Below are positions 32,645 through 42,841 of a DNA stretch of 64,000 bases, piece by piece (the stretch's first letter is position 1; each line of letters opens with the position of its first letter). Where the stretch lies: NCBI GenBank assembly GCA_020148145.1, contig JAHCRE010000006.1:6368-70367 (forward strand), given 5' to 3'. The DNA is from Patescibacteria group bacterium. GTDB taxonomy: Bacteria > Patescibacteriota > Minisyncoccia > Minisyncoccales > JAHCRE01. The translations under genes were made by a program, and so were the position numbers. The notes under the pieces are model-generated. The model made no database searches, was not told where the DNA came from, and saw nothing but the letters and a program-made list of their open reading frames with translations.

Positions 32645-32935
32645 TTACAATACTGACTTTACCCGAATATATCTTTTTTTCTTTTCAGGAGCCATTTCAA
32701 TTAATTTATTGACTTTTTCTATCGGTTGCTTTTTTCGTTCATCCTTCCTCATTATCTCTTCTTTTTTTGGTAAAACATGAAAGGTCGGCTCAACCCCCTC
32801 TACGTTAACTTCTTTTAAAGAGGTAAAATAATCTAAAATTGAAGAAAGTTCTTTTTGAAATTTTTCTTCTTCTGATTCAGTAATTCCTAATCTAGCCAGT
32901 TTGGCAATGTGTTTTACTTCCTTTTTTGAAATCAT
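32645..32935 (-). CDS. gatC: Glu/Asp-tRNA amidotransferase subunit C
   Basis: 96 aa. VKHIAKLARLGITESEEEKF. Sits upstream of gatA. Confidence 0.9.
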   Translation of the reverse strand: MISKKEVKHIAKLARLGITESEEEKFQKELSSILDYFTSLKEVNVEGVEPTFHVLPKKEEIMRKDERKKQPIEKVNKLIEMAPEKKKRYIRVKSVL

Positions 32936-32947
32936 AATTCTAATAAG

Positions 32948-34000
32948 CTATTTTGGGAGTTCTAAGTATTCTGTTTCAATCAATACTTCCTGTAATTCAT
33001 CAAGATTTTCTAAAACCATTCCTGCCCCCCTAACCATTGCTGTCATAGGATCATCAATAATTTTAGTTAGAATTTTTGTTTCTTTAGCAACTAAGATGTC
33101 TAATCCCCGAAGAAGGCTTCCTCCACCAACCAGATGAATTCCTCCGGACATAATGTCAGATAAGAGTTCGGGGGGAGTTTCCTCCACTGTGTTTTTAATT
33201 TCAGTAACAATTCGTCTTACCGATTTTTCTAAGGCTTTTCTAATATTTTCATCAGAAACTAAAATTTCCTCAGGTAAACCGGTAACTAAATTTCTTCCTC
33301 TCATGGCCATTTCCTTTTTTTCTTTTAAAGGATAGGCAGAACCAATACCAATTTTAATTGTCTCAGCCATTCTTTCCCCTAAAAGAAGTTTATATTCCTC
33401 CCGAGCAAAATGAATTATGTCTTTATTAAGTTTATCCCCGGCTATTCTAAGACTCTTGGCTATAACAATTCCACCAAGGGAAATTACTGCTACTTCAGTT
33501 GTTCCTCCCCCAATGTCGACAATAAAATTCCCTCCTGCTTCCTGAATTGGTAATCTTGCCCCAATCGCTGCTGCCATTGGTTCTTCAATTAAAAAAACTT
33601 TTCCCGCTCCGGCATTTTTGGCGGCATCTTGAACTGCTTTTTTTTCCACCTCAGTAACTCCACAGGGAACACCAACAATCACCCGGGGCCTAAGACTCAA
33701 AATAAATTTTCTTTGTCGAACCTTCTCAATAAAATACCGCAGCATTTGTTCGGTTACCTCAAAATCAGAAATTACCCCTGAAACAAGGGGTCTGGTAGCT
33801 ACAATATGAGCAGGGGTTCGACCAACCATTTTTTTGGCCTCTTCCCCTATTGCTAAAATCTGGCCGGTTTTTTGATTAATGGCCACTACTGAGGGTTCAG
33901 AAATAACTATTCCCCGACCTCGAACGTAAACTAAAGAATTTGCTGTTCCTAAATCAATAGCAATGTCTTGAGAAAGGAAAGAAAAAAGTTTTTTTAACAT
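32948..34000 (-). CDS. mreB: Rod-shape-determining actin homolog MreB
   Basis: 350 aa. IDLGTANSLVY, DIGGGTTEVAV, LVGGGSLLRGL. Confidence 0.93.
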   Translation of the reverse strand: MLKKLFSFLSQDIAIDLGTANSLVYVRGRGIVISEPSVVAINQKTGQILAIGEEAKKMVGRTPAHIVATRPLVSGVISDFEVTEQMLRYFIEKVRQRKFILSLRPRVIVGVPCGVTEVEKKAVQDAAKNAGAGKVFLIEEPMAAAIGARLPIQEAGGNFIVDIGGGTTEVAVISLGGIVIAKSLRIAGDKLNKDIIHFAREEYKLLLGERMAETIKIGIGSAYPLKEKKEMAMRGRNLVTGLPEEILVSDENIRKALEKSVRRIVTEIKNTVEETPPELLSDIMSGGIHLVGGGSLLRGLDILVAKETKILTKIIDDPMTAMVRGAGMVLENLDELQEVLIETEYLELPK

Positions 34001-35238
34001 ATAATTTTCATTAGTTGACTTATTTTTATCAATCTTGCCTTTTTTTCGCTACGCTTTTTTATCTCCACTCTATTTTTAGATAAAGTTTTTTCACTTACTA
34101 CTAATCTCTGGGGTATTCCAATCAAATCAGCCTCGACAAGCTTTTCTCCGGGGGTAACATTCTTTCTATCATCATATAATACTTCAAAATTCGATTTTCT
34201 CAAATTTTTATATAATCTCTCAGCTATTTTTCTTACTTTTTTTGTATTTTCAATTTGAATCAAGTGGAGAGAGAAAGGAGCTACTTCTTTTGACCAGATA
34301 ATTCCTTTCTCATCATGATGAATCTCAACAATTGTTCCAATTAAACGGCCCAAGCCAATCCCATAGCATCCCATTTTTACTAATTGTTTTTTGCCATCTT
34401 TATCCACAAAATAAAGACCTAGGGCTTTTGCATATTTAGTTCCCAAGTTAAAGGTATGCCCTATCTCAATTGTATTTATTTTTTCTAATTTTGTTTTACA
34501 CTCAGGACAAGGGTTTCCCTTCTTTACTTTGGCTACCTCTAAATTAACTGCGAAATTGCATTTTGGACAAAAAATCACTTTATCTTCTCCTACCTCGGCT
34601 GGGACCTGAAATTCATAAGTCTCAAATTCGGTAAAAGTTCCTCCCGAAGCCTCAGAAATTTCAGCCCTCAAGCCACATCTTCTGAAAATTCTCGAATAAA
34701 CTTTAACTACTTTATCAAAGAAATTTCTTAAATCTTTTTCTGAACTATGAAAACTATAGAGATCTTTCATTATAAATTCCCTGGTTCGTAGAAGCCCACC
34801 AGTAGACCTCATTTCATTTCTAAATTTATTTTGAAATTGATAAAGATATAAAGGTAAATCTTTATAGGATTGAATCCGAGATTTGGCAATTTCAGTAATT
34901 ACTTCTTCGGCGGTTGGGCCGAGGGCAAATTCAGCCTTGTGTCTATCTTTAAGTTTAAAAAGAGGGGGCTGCATATTTTGCCAACGATTTGTTCTCTGCC
35001 AAAGCTCTTTTGGTTGGAGCGTAGGCAAAAATACTTCCTGACCAGAAATTTCCTCCATCTCTTCCCGAATTATCTTCTTGATTTTTCGATGAACTCTCCA
35101 TCCCAAAGGTAAAAAACTATAAATTCCTGAGGCTAACTGGGCAATAAAATCAGCCCTAGTTAAAAGTTTATGGGAAATAGTTTTGGCTTCTTTTGGTAAT
35201 TCCTTTTTAGTTTTATAAAAAAGTTGAGATTGGCGCAT
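33994..35238 (-). CDS. proS: Prolyl-tRNA synthetase, short form without the editing insertion; Cys4 ribbon in its place
   Basis: 414 aa. Class II motifs (FRNEMRSTGGLLRTREF, GCYGIG). CPKC...CPEC between motifs 2 and 3. Confidence 0.85.
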   Translation of the reverse strand: MRQSQLFYKTKKELPKEAKTISHKLLTRADFIAQLASGIYSFLPLGWRVHRKIKKIIREEMEEISGQEVFLPTLQPKELWQRTNRWQNMQPPLFKLKDRHKAEFALGPTAEEVITEIAKSRIQSYKDLPLYLYQFQNKFRNEMRSTGGLLRTREFIMKDLYSFHSSEKDLRNFFDKVVKVYSRIFRRCGLRAEISEASGGTFTEFETYEFQVPAEVGEDKVIFCPKCNFAVNLEVAKVKKGNPCPECKTKLEKINTIEIGHTFNLGTKYAKALGLYFVDKDGKKQLVKMGCYGIGLGRLIGTIVEIHHDEKGIIWSKEVAPFSLHLIQIENTKKVRKIAERLYKNLRKSNFEVLYDDRKNVTPGEKLVEADLIGIPQRLVVSEKTLSKNRVEIKKRSEKKARLIKISQLMKIIC

Positions 35239-36325
35239 TTTTTAAAATAGCCTGGATATCTTTTATTGTTACCCAAATCATTAAAGCAATTAATAAAGCA
35301 AAAAAGATAGTATTAATTCTTTGCTCAATCTTTTGATTTAACGGTCTTCCCCTAATTTTCTCAATCCCCAAAAAGAGAAGTCTTCCTCCGTCTAATGCTG
35401 GAATAGGCAAAATGTTAAAAAAAGCAAGGAAAATAGAAATCATTGCAAGGGAAGATAGAAAATAGTTTATCCCTTTTTGGAGTTCTCCAACCATTAATCG
35501 ACTAATACCAACAAGGCCCTTAAATTCAACTTCTTCCACTCTTTCACCTCGGATTGCCTTTTTCAGGATATCGCCAAAAAGATAGGGTATTGAAATAGTA
35601 GTCTTGGCTGTAAGTAAAATTCCCTGAATCGGGGCCTTGGACCAGGGATAAAGTTTTAAAGCAGTTCTAATTAAAGCCACCCCCATTGGCCCCTCCCCTT
35701 CCGGAGGAGAAACTCGCGGAACCAAGGAGACCTCAAAGATTTCTTTCCCTCTTTGAATAGCTAGAGTAATTTCTTCTCCCTTATGGGCCTGAGTAAATTC
35801 AATCACCTCTTTTACTTTATCAGTTTTTAATTCTTGATCATTTCTCACAAGTTTTAAAATAGTGTCGCCAGATCTCAGGCCGGCAACTTCGGCTGGGGAA
35901 CCAGAAGCAATCTTAATAATCTGAATTTTAGAATCAATTAAATTATGATTTGACTCATCTTCCACTGCTATTGGTAACCCCCAAATTCCAGCAATAATAG
36001 TTAATAAAATGGCAGAAATTATCCAAAAAGTAACTACTCCCCCGATAACAATTAAGGTTCTCTGCCAGATTGGTTTTCCACTAAAACTTGTGGGTTCTTT
36101 AATCCGCTCTTCTTCACCATAAAGCTTAACAAAGGCCCCAATAGGCAAAAGATTCAAAGAATAAATTGTCTCTCCTATCTTTTTCTTTAAAATTCTTGGC
36201 GGGATACCGATTCCAAATTCCTCAACTTTTACTCCAAATTTCTTGGCTAAAATAAAGTGGCCAAACTCATGTAGGGCAAGTAAAAAAACGAGGCTAAAAA
36301 TAATAATAAGGATGTTAAAAACCAT
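35213..36325 (-). CDS. rseP: Site-2 (M50) membrane metalloprotease RseP-like
   Basis: 370 aa. HEFGHF, PDZ-like segment, NILPIPALDGG. Confidence 0.88.
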   Translation of the reverse strand: MVFNILIIIFSLVFLLALHEFGHFILAKKFGVKVEEFGIGIPPRILKKKIGETIYSLNLLPIGAFVKLYGEEERIKEPTSFSGKPIWQRTLIVIGGVVTFWIISAILLTIIAGIWGLPIAVEDESNHNLIDSKIQIIKIASGSPAEVAGLRSGDTILKLVRNDQELKTDKVKEVIEFTQAHKGEEITLAIQRGKEIFEVSLVPRVSPPEGEGPMGVALIRTALKLYPWSKAPIQGILLTAKTTISIPYLFGDILKKAIRGERVEEVEFKGLVGISRLMVGELQKGINYFLSSLAMISIFLAFFNILPIPALDGGRLLFLGIEKIRGRPLNQKIEQRINTIFFALLIALMIWVTIKDIQAILKNAPISTFL

Positions 36326-36343
36326 ATTTAAAGAATTTTCGAA

Positions 36344-36907
36344 CTATTCTTCTAATATCTCCTTTCTTTTCTTTTCCCCAATTTCTTTAACTTTTTCATT
36401 ATAATCGTCAACCAATTTCTGAAGTTCATCCTTGGCTCGAAATTTATCGTCCTCTCTAATTTCTCCCTCACTAAATTTATCTTGAATTTCATCCCAAGCT
36501 TTTCCTCTCCAATGTCTAATAGTTTTTTTACATTCTTCTTGTTTTTCCGACAAAATCTTAAGCAAATTCTTTCTATATTCTTCGCTTAGAGGTGGGAGAG
36601 AAATTCGAATCGACTCTCTATCTACAATTGGAGCCACTCCTAATGGGGACCGAGAAATTGCTTTTACTATTCCTTCAAGATATGATTTATCCCAAGGCTG
36701 AATGATAATTTTCCGAGGTCCAGGAGAAAAAATTGCCCCAAGTTGCTTTAAGGGGAGTTTTTGGCCAAAACAATCAACTTGAATATTTTCAACTAAAGAA
36801 GGGGAAGCCCGGGTGGTGCGAATCTTAGCCAATTCCCTCTCTAAAAAATCAATGGTTTTATCTAACTCAGGTTTAATTCTTTCTAAAATTTCTTTATGAG
36901 TATTCAT
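36344..36907 (-). CDS. frr: Ribosome recycling factor
   Basis: 187 aa. Typical RRF length and ..IRTTRASPSLVENIQVD.. motif. Confidence 0.92.
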   Translation of the reverse strand: MNTHKEILERIKPELDKTIDFLERELAKIRTTRASPSLVENIQVDCFGQKLPLKQLGAIFSPGPRKIIIQPWDKSYLEGIVKAISRSPLGVAPIVDRESIRISLPPLSEEYRKNLLKILSEKQEECKKTIRHWRGKAWDEIQDKFSEGEIREDDKFRAKDELQKLVDDYNEKVKEIGEKKRKEILEE

Positions 36908-37821
36908 AGCTCCATTAGTAAATTCTCCAGGGCTAATCTCGGATTAACGTTAGTAGTGGATAGGAAAAAAATTGTATTTTGAATAAGTTTTAAGATGCTC
37001 TTTAGTTTTTTCAAAGAATATTTCTCAGATGGATGATCAATATTAGAAAATAAAATGTCTCTAAAATATCTTAGCCAGATTTCTAAAATTTCTTTTAAAT
37101 TCTGAGGTTTTAAAGATAAGTCCTTGGCATACTGAAAACGGGAAACTAAATTAGAATTTAAAACTGAAATTAACTCTTTTAATCTTTTTTCTTGATTTTC
37201 TATTTTTTTTGGGTCTAAAAGAAAATCTAAGGCTTCTCCTGGCTTTCCTAAAGAAAGTTGGCTAATCTTTGAAGCAAATTTTTGGGAAACTCCCTGGGTC
37301 AAAAGATATTTTTCAATTTCTGCTCTTTTTATGGGATAAAATTTAATTTTTTGGACTCGAGAAAGAATAGTCGGTAAAAGAATCTCTGGATATTCAGTTA
37401 TCAAAATCAAAAGAGTTTTACCCTTTGGCTCCTCAAGGGTTTTTAAAAAACAACTCTGAGCCTCTCGATTCATAAAATGAGCCTTGTCTATAATTGCTGA
37501 CTTAATCGAGGCTGAATAAGGCTTTAATGCTAATTTCCAGGAAAGATCTCTTATCTGGGAAATTTGAATTTCCTTATTGATTGGTTCAATTAGTAAAACA
37601 TCAGTGTGTTGTCTTTTTTGAATATCCTGACAGGATCTACAAATTTGACAGGGCCTCTTTGAAAATTGAGGATTTTGACAATTCAATAACTTAATAAATT
37701 CCAGAGCTATTGTTTTTTTTCCCAATTTTTCTTCACCATAAAACAAAAGACTATGGGAAATTCTTTCTAATTCTGCCGATTTTTTTAGAAACTTCCATTG
37801 TTTTTGATGGCCCAAAATCAT
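36904..37821 (-). CDS. holB: DNA polymerase III delta-prime subunit-like clamp-loader protein
   Basis: 305 aa. HSLLFYGEEKLGKKT, Cys cluster CQICRSC, SRVQKIKF. Confidence 0.75.
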   Translation of the reverse strand: MILGHQKQWKFLKKSAELERISHSLLFYGEEKLGKKTIALEFIKLLNCQNPQFSKRPCQICRSCQDIQKRQHTDVLLIEPINKEIQISQIRDLSWKLALKPYSASIKSAIIDKAHFMNREAQSCFLKTLEEPKGKTLLILITEYPEILLPTILSRVQKIKFYPIKRAEIEKYLLTQGVSQKFASKISQLSLGKPGEALDFLLDPKKIENQEKRLKELISVLNSNLVSRFQYAKDLSLKPQNLKEILEIWLRYFRDILFSNIDHPSEKYSLKKLKSILKLIQNTIFFLSTTNVNPRLALENLLMEL

Positions 37822-38825
37822 TTTTTTGCCAATACACTTTTTTTGTAAACCTCCAAGTTTTTCAATACTATTCCTGTTCCTTTAGCAACGCAGAGTATCG
37901 GTTCTTCAGCTAAAAAGCAGGGAACGCCAGTGCTTTGAGAAATTTTCTCATCGATATTTCTGAGCAGGGCCCCACCACCTGCAAGAACCATTCCCTTATC
38001 CATTATATCAGCCGATAGCTCAGGTGGAGCATCTCTCAAAACCATCTTCACCGCCTGAGTAATTCCTGTTAAAACATCGGAAATTGCTTCACAAACCTCA
38101 TTAGAGGAAATCTTAATGGTTTTTGGTAGTCCTAAAATCAAATCTCTGCCCCGAACTTCAAAAGATTTTTCTTCTTTTTCTGGTAAAGCTGTCCCAATTT
38201 TTATTTTTATTTCTTCAGCTGTCTGCTCTCCAATGGCTAAATTATATTTTTGCTTAATATAGTCTGAAATAGCGAGATCCATTTTATCTCCGGCTATCCT
38301 AATTGAATGCCAGCAAACTATTCCTCCAAGAGAAATTAAGGCTACTTCTGAGGTTCCGCCGCCAATATCAATAATCAAATGACCTGAGCAAGAATTAATA
38401 GGAATACCGGCACCAATAGCAGCTAAAATTGGTTCCTTAGCTAAATAAACCGCCTTAGCGCCGGAAGTCATCCCGGCCTCAATTACTGCTCTTCTTTCAG
38501 TAGAAGTAATTCCAGCTGGTACCCCAATCAATAGTTCTGGTTTTAAAAATCGAAAATATCCCATGGCTTTATCAATAAAATATCTTAGCATCGCCTGGGT
38601 CACTCGATAGTCAGCAATCACTCCATCTTTGAGAGGTCGATAAACTCTTAAGGTATCGGGGGTCCGACCAAGCATTTCTTTGGCCTCTTGACCCACTGCC
38701 AAAATTTTATTCTCAGAAAGGGTTACCGCTACTACTGAGGGCTCTCGCAAGACGATTCCCTTCTTAGGAATAAAAATTACCGAATTGCAGGTTCCAAGAT
38801 CAATACCGATTTTTCTTAAAAACAT
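37818..38825 (-). CDS. Second MreB/Mbl-like actin homolog
   Basis: 335 aa. IDLGTCNSVIF, DIGGGTSEVAL, LAGGGALLRNI. Confidence 0.88.
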   Translation of the reverse strand: MFLRKIGIDLGTCNSVIFIPKKGIVLREPSVVAVTLSENKILAVGQEAKEMLGRTPDTLRVYRPLKDGVIADYRVTQAMLRYFIDKAMGYFRFLKPELLIGVPAGITSTERRAVIEAGMTSGAKAVYLAKEPILAAIGAGIPINSCSGHLIIDIGGGTSEVALISLGGIVCWHSIRIAGDKMDLAISDYIKQKYNLAIGEQTAEEIKIKIGTALPEKEEKSFEVRGRDLILGLPKTIKISSNEVCEAISDVLTGITQAVKMVLRDAPPELSADIMDKGMVLAGGGALLRNIDEKISQSTGVPCFLAEEPILCVAKGTGIVLKNLEVYKKSVLAKK

Positions 38826-38830
38826 ATTTT

Positions 38831-40099
38831 TTAGGTTTTAACTCTTTTTATATCTGCTCCTAATTTTTGTAATCTTTGCTCTATTTTCTCATATCCCCTA
38901 TCTATCTGATAAATATTTTCAATAGTAGTCTGGCCTTTGGCAATTAAACCGGCGATAATTAAAGAGGCTCCGGCTCGAATGTCCCAACTTTCGATTTTTC
39001 GACCTCGCAGAGAAGTCTTCCCAAAAACAAAAGCTCGGTGGGGATCAACAATCTCTATATCTGCTCCCATTTTTTTTAATTCTTGAATGAAATTAAATCG
39101 ATTTTCATAAAGGGGGTCATGAACTAAACTCTTTCCTTTAGCCTGGGTTAAAAGAGGAGCAATAATTGGAAGCAAATCAGTTTGAAAACCAGGATAAGGA
39201 AAGGCCTGAACTCGGGTAGCCTTTAAATTCTGCGAAAAATCGCCAACCCTCACAAAATCTTCACCTCTTTCAAAATTAACCCCAATTTCCTCTAATTTAT
39301 CTAAAAAGATATCTAAATGCTCAGGAATTATATTTTTGATTTCAATTTCCCCTGGAGTTACTGCTCCAGCAACAATAAATGTTCCAGCTTCTAAGAGGTC
39401 AGGGATAATTTTATGATAGGTGCCTTCTAACTTTTCAGTACCTTCAACAAAAATTGTATGAGTCCCCAATCCATCAATTTTAACTCCCATTTTTCTAAGA
39501 AATTCTCCTAAATCTTGGACCTGAGGTTCAGCTGCCGCCCCTTTAATAATTGTTTTCTCTGGTAATCTGGCTGCGGCCATCATTAAATTTTCAGTAGCTG
39601 TAACACTAAATTCTTTAAGAATAATTTCTTTGCTTTCGAGATTTTTTCCATTAAAAGAATAAAAATCACCTTCATTTTTAATATCTGTACCCAGTTTTTT
39701 AAGAGCTTTGAGATGAGTAGTAATTGGCCTTACCCCAATTCTGTCTCCTCCGGGATGAGAAATTTTAAACTTTCCAAATCTAGAAAGCAGACTACCAATT
39801 AACAAAACTGAAACTCTTGTTTCAGTTATAGGACCTTGAGTCATTTTTTCTGGATCTGTTTTTGAGCCTGCTTTAATTTTTACCTTTCTCTCATTTAACC
39901 AGGTAATTTCAACTCCCATGCTTTCTAAAATTTTCAACATTTTAAAGATGTCCTCAACCAAAGGCAGGTTATCAATGATAACTTCTTCATCAGTTAATAA
40001 GGCAGCTGCTAAGCAAGCCCCAGCTGCATTTTTATAGCCTGGTATCTCAACAACTCCTTCTAAAGAATTACCACCTTTAATAATAAATTTCTCTGGCAT
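38831..40099 (-). CDS. murA: UDP-N-acetylglucosamine 1-carboxyvinyltransferase
   Basis: 422 aa. MurA/EPSP fold repeats, ..PGGDRIGVRPI.. Confidence 0.93.
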   Translation of the reverse strand: MPEKFIIKGGNSLEGVVEIPGYKNAAGACLAAALLTDEEVIIDNLPLVEDIFKMLKILESMGVEITWLNERKVKIKAGSKTDPEKMTQGPITETRVSVLLIGSLLSRFGKFKISHPGGDRIGVRPITTHLKALKKLGTDIKNEGDFYSFNGKNLESKEIILKEFSVTATENLMMAAARLPEKTIIKGAAAEPQVQDLGEFLRKMGVKIDGLGTHTIFVEGTEKLEGTYHKIIPDLLEAGTFIVAGAVTPGEIEIKNIIPEHLDIFLDKLEEIGVNFERGEDFVRVGDFSQNLKATRVQAFPYPGFQTDLLPIIAPLLTQAKGKSLVHDPLYENRFNFIQELKKMGADIEIVDPHRAFVFGKTSLRGRKIESWDIRAGASLIIAGLIAKGQTTIENIYQIDRGYEKIEQRLQKLGADIKRVKT

Positions 40100-40122
40100 A
40101 CTTTTATATCATAAATTAAAAT

Positions 40123-41304
40123 TTAAAATTTAGCAAGTTTTTTTCCTAAAATCCCCGCTATTAAAACGAAAATTCCGCCAAAAATAAATAAAAAGCTATA
40201 ACCTAAAAAACCAATAACCAATCCTGAAATTAAAGCCCCGAAAGCTATACCTAAAGGAGAAAAAATTGTATCAATAGCACCGGTTTCCTCGGGATACTCT
40301 TTCAATTTCTGAGAGATTAACCCACTTCTTCCAGAACCTGTCATCAGGGCACCCGCAGATTTCCCAATCATAATTAAAAGAACTGTGAAGAAGTTTAAAA
40401 AGGGAACTAAACTTCCGAGTAAAACCGAGAAGATTCCACAGAGTGAACCCCCACGAGAAATGCTCTCCTCGCTTTTTTGTTTTCCAACTCGTTTTATTAC
40501 AAAAATAGAAATTGGCAAAAATACAAGAGAAAGTATTGAACCAAAGAGAAGTATCAAATTTTGTGACCAGCCAAAATCTTTTAAAAACAAAACGAAAAAA
40601 GCTCGATAAAATCCAACTAAAATTAAAACTGAAAGGGAAATTAAAATAAAGGGCAAAATAGCTCTACTTTTTATTTTTTCAAAAATTTCCAGATAATTTT
40701 GTCTTACCTGTTGAAATTTAAAACCTCTATCCACCAAATTCATTGCTGGTTTTCTTAGAAAGATAAGACAAAAAATGACAGTGAAAAGACATAAAATCAA
40801 ACTTAAAACAAATACTCCAACGAAATCAAATTTCCAGATAAAAAAAGCACCAACTGCCGGGGCTAAAGCATCGGCATAAAAAGGGGAAGAATAAAACCAA
40901 GCAAAAGATTGATCAGGGCTTTGAAGGGGAAAGCCCATTAAAATTGCCCGAGAGGAGGCAAAAAACAAAGCAGCTGAAATTCCTAGAAGAATCTGCCAAA
41001 AATAAAACAAAATTTGATTTTGAATAAAAATCATTCCTAAAGAATAAACTCCATATCCTAAAACCCCAACTGTAACCAAAATAGCTGGATTTATTTTATG
41101 ATTAAGAAAACCAACGAAGGGTGCAAAGATAACAATTGGTAAATAAATTAGAAGATAATTATAGCCCACCTCGGGTAGAGAAAAACCCCGGGCAACCAAA
41201 AATAAGGGAAAATATAAAGAAAAAAGTTTATATCCAAACATCAAAAGAAAATGGGAAATTGAAACATCTCTGGTAATCTTTTCAATTTTTGGAAAAATTG
41301 CCAT
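40123..41304 (-). CDS. MFS-type transporter
   Basis: 393 aa, about 12 hydrophobic helices. Confidence 0.7.
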   Translation of the reverse strand: MAIFPKIEKITRDVSISHFLLMFGYKLFSLYFPLFLVARGFSLPEVGYNYLLIYLPIVIFAPFVGFLNHKINPAILVTVGVLGYGVYSLGMIFIQNQILFYFWQILLGISAALFFASSRAILMGFPLQSPDQSFAWFYSSPFYADALAPAVGAFFIWKFDFVGVFVLSLILCLFTVIFCLIFLRKPAMNLVDRGFKFQQVRQNYLEIFEKIKSRAILPFILISLSVLILVGFYRAFFVLFLKDFGWSQNLILLFGSILSLVFLPISIFVIKRVGKQKSEESISRGGSLCGIFSVLLGSLVPFLNFFTVLLIMIGKSAGALMTGSGRSGLISQKLKEYPEETGAIDTIFSPLGIAFGALISGLVIGFLGYSFLFIFGGIFVLIAGILGKKLAKF

Positions 41305-41385
41305 ATTGTTTATTTTAACAAAAAATAGACGTTTCAGCTAAACCAAAACGCCTTTTGTTCTTGCGTATTTTAAAGGACCAATGTA

Positions 41386-42033
41386 TTAGAGATTGGCTAG
41401 TTTTTTCTGAACGCCTTCAATATGGAATTTAGCGCTCTGACCGGTAGCTTTTTCGTATTTCTTGTAGAGCTCAATCGCTTCTTTATATTCGTGTCTTGCT
41501 TCTTCAGCTCTTCCCAGTTTTACTAAAGCATCAGCTTTATTGTGTTTACCGTGGCCGGCCGTTCTATAGTCTTCTTTTTCTATAGCAGTCTCGTAGACTT
41601 TTTCGCATACCTCAACAGCTTTTTCGTAATCCTGTGCCCAGCGACAGAGAATGCTTCTTGTGTTCCAAATTGAAGGTATATCTGGAAATTCTTCCGTAGC
41701 TTTATCACTTACTTGCCAAGCTTCTTCTTTTTTTCCTAAAATCCAGAGCGCCAGCGGTAATCCATTCATTGCTGAAATTCTTGTTTTGTCTTCTGCTTTT
41801 TCCAGTACTGCCTTGAAGGTATTTTCTGCTTCCTCAAGATTCTCTGTCTTTTTGTCTTTTGGTCCCTTTATTCCTAGATAGTAATAGCTCCATCCCTTTA
41901 TCCTATTAGCCTCTGTAATATCACTGTCTGTTACCAAAGTGGCTAAATTCTCGTCGATTGCATCGATTGCTTCCTGCCATTCTCCTTTGTTGTATAGCTG
42001 CTGTGCTTTTTTCAGTACTTCTTTCGCTTCCAT
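41386..42033 (-). CDS. TPR repeat protein
   Basis: 215 aa. Repeated W-x-x-A-x-x-x-Y/F-x-K-A helical pairs. GC-richer than neighbours. Confidence 0.65.
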   Translation of the reverse strand: MEAKEVLKKAQQLYNKGEWQEAIDAIDENLATLVTDSDITEANRIKGWSYYYLGIKGPKDKKTENLEEAENTFKAVLEKAEDKTRISAMNGLPLALWILGKKEEAWQVSDKATEEFPDIPSIWNTRSILCRWAQDYEKAVEVCEKVYETAIEKEDYRTAGHGKHNKADALVKLGRAEEARHEYKEAIELYKKYEKATGQSAKFHIEGVQKKLANL

Positions 42034-42049
42034 TCACCTCACCTCCTTT

Positions 42050-42742
42050 TTAGATTTTTTCTTCTCCAAACACATTCTTTTTTACTTGTTGGATTCTTTC
42101 AATATCTCCAATTTCTTCAAAGTATCTTAGGGCTTTGTCTCCATATTCTTGGGTTTTTTGACCTTCGCCAATTTTTTTGTAACACTCCCCTAATCTAGCC
42201 CAAGTTAAACCAAAACCCCGCTGATCATTAGCTATCCCTCTAAATACCTCAGTCACCTGATAAAGCCAGATGGCTTTTCTTATCTCTCCCTGTTTAGACT
42301 CAACATAAGCTAAGTTCTGAAAAGCATCTCCTATTTCTTTTGGATTTTGACTGGCATCAATCAGTTCCCAAAGGGCTATTTTTGTCTCTTTTACCTCTTC
42401 AGGCGAGATGAGAATTCCTCCGTAATCTTTGCAAATATACAATTGAAACATGGAATAGCTATAGCCAATGGGGTCTTCTTTTCTAAGTTCAATTGCCGTT
42501 TTAAGTCTCTCCACTGCTTCATCGTATTTTCCCATTGCTTGCAAGATTCTACCTTGATAGTGGCGAATCAATCCTCTTAGAGGCTTTGCTTTATCTTCTG
42601 GAAGTAATTTGGTTTTCTCTTGAGCTTCTTTTAAAAGCTTTAATCCTTTCTCCCATTCGCCTTTGTGCTGCAGTTCTATTGCTTGATTAACTATTTCTCG
42701 TATTGCTTGCTCAGCTTTTTCCTCTCTATATTTATTTGTCAA
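42050..42742 (-). CDS. TPR repeat protein
   Basis: 230 aa. GEWEKGLKLLKEA, GKYDEAVERLKTAIEL and similar repeats. Confidence 0.65.
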   Translation of the reverse strand: MTNKYREEKAEQAIREIVNQAIELQHKGEWEKGLKLLKEAQEKTKLLPEDKAKPLRGLIRHYQGRILQAMGKYDEAVERLKTAIELRKEDPIGYSYSMFQLYICKDYGGILISPEEVKETKIALWELIDASQNPKEIGDAFQNLAYVESKQGEIRKAIWLYQVTEVFRGIANDQRGFGLTWARLGECYKKIGEGQKTQEYGDKALRYFEEIGDIERIQQVKKNVFGEEKI

Positions 42743-42841
42743 TTTACATACCTTCTTTGGTAAGTATAAGAAGTCTTTTAATTTTTGTCAAATTTTTATT
42801 GTTTACTATTAAATTTTGATTTAAAATTAAATAGAAGCTTT

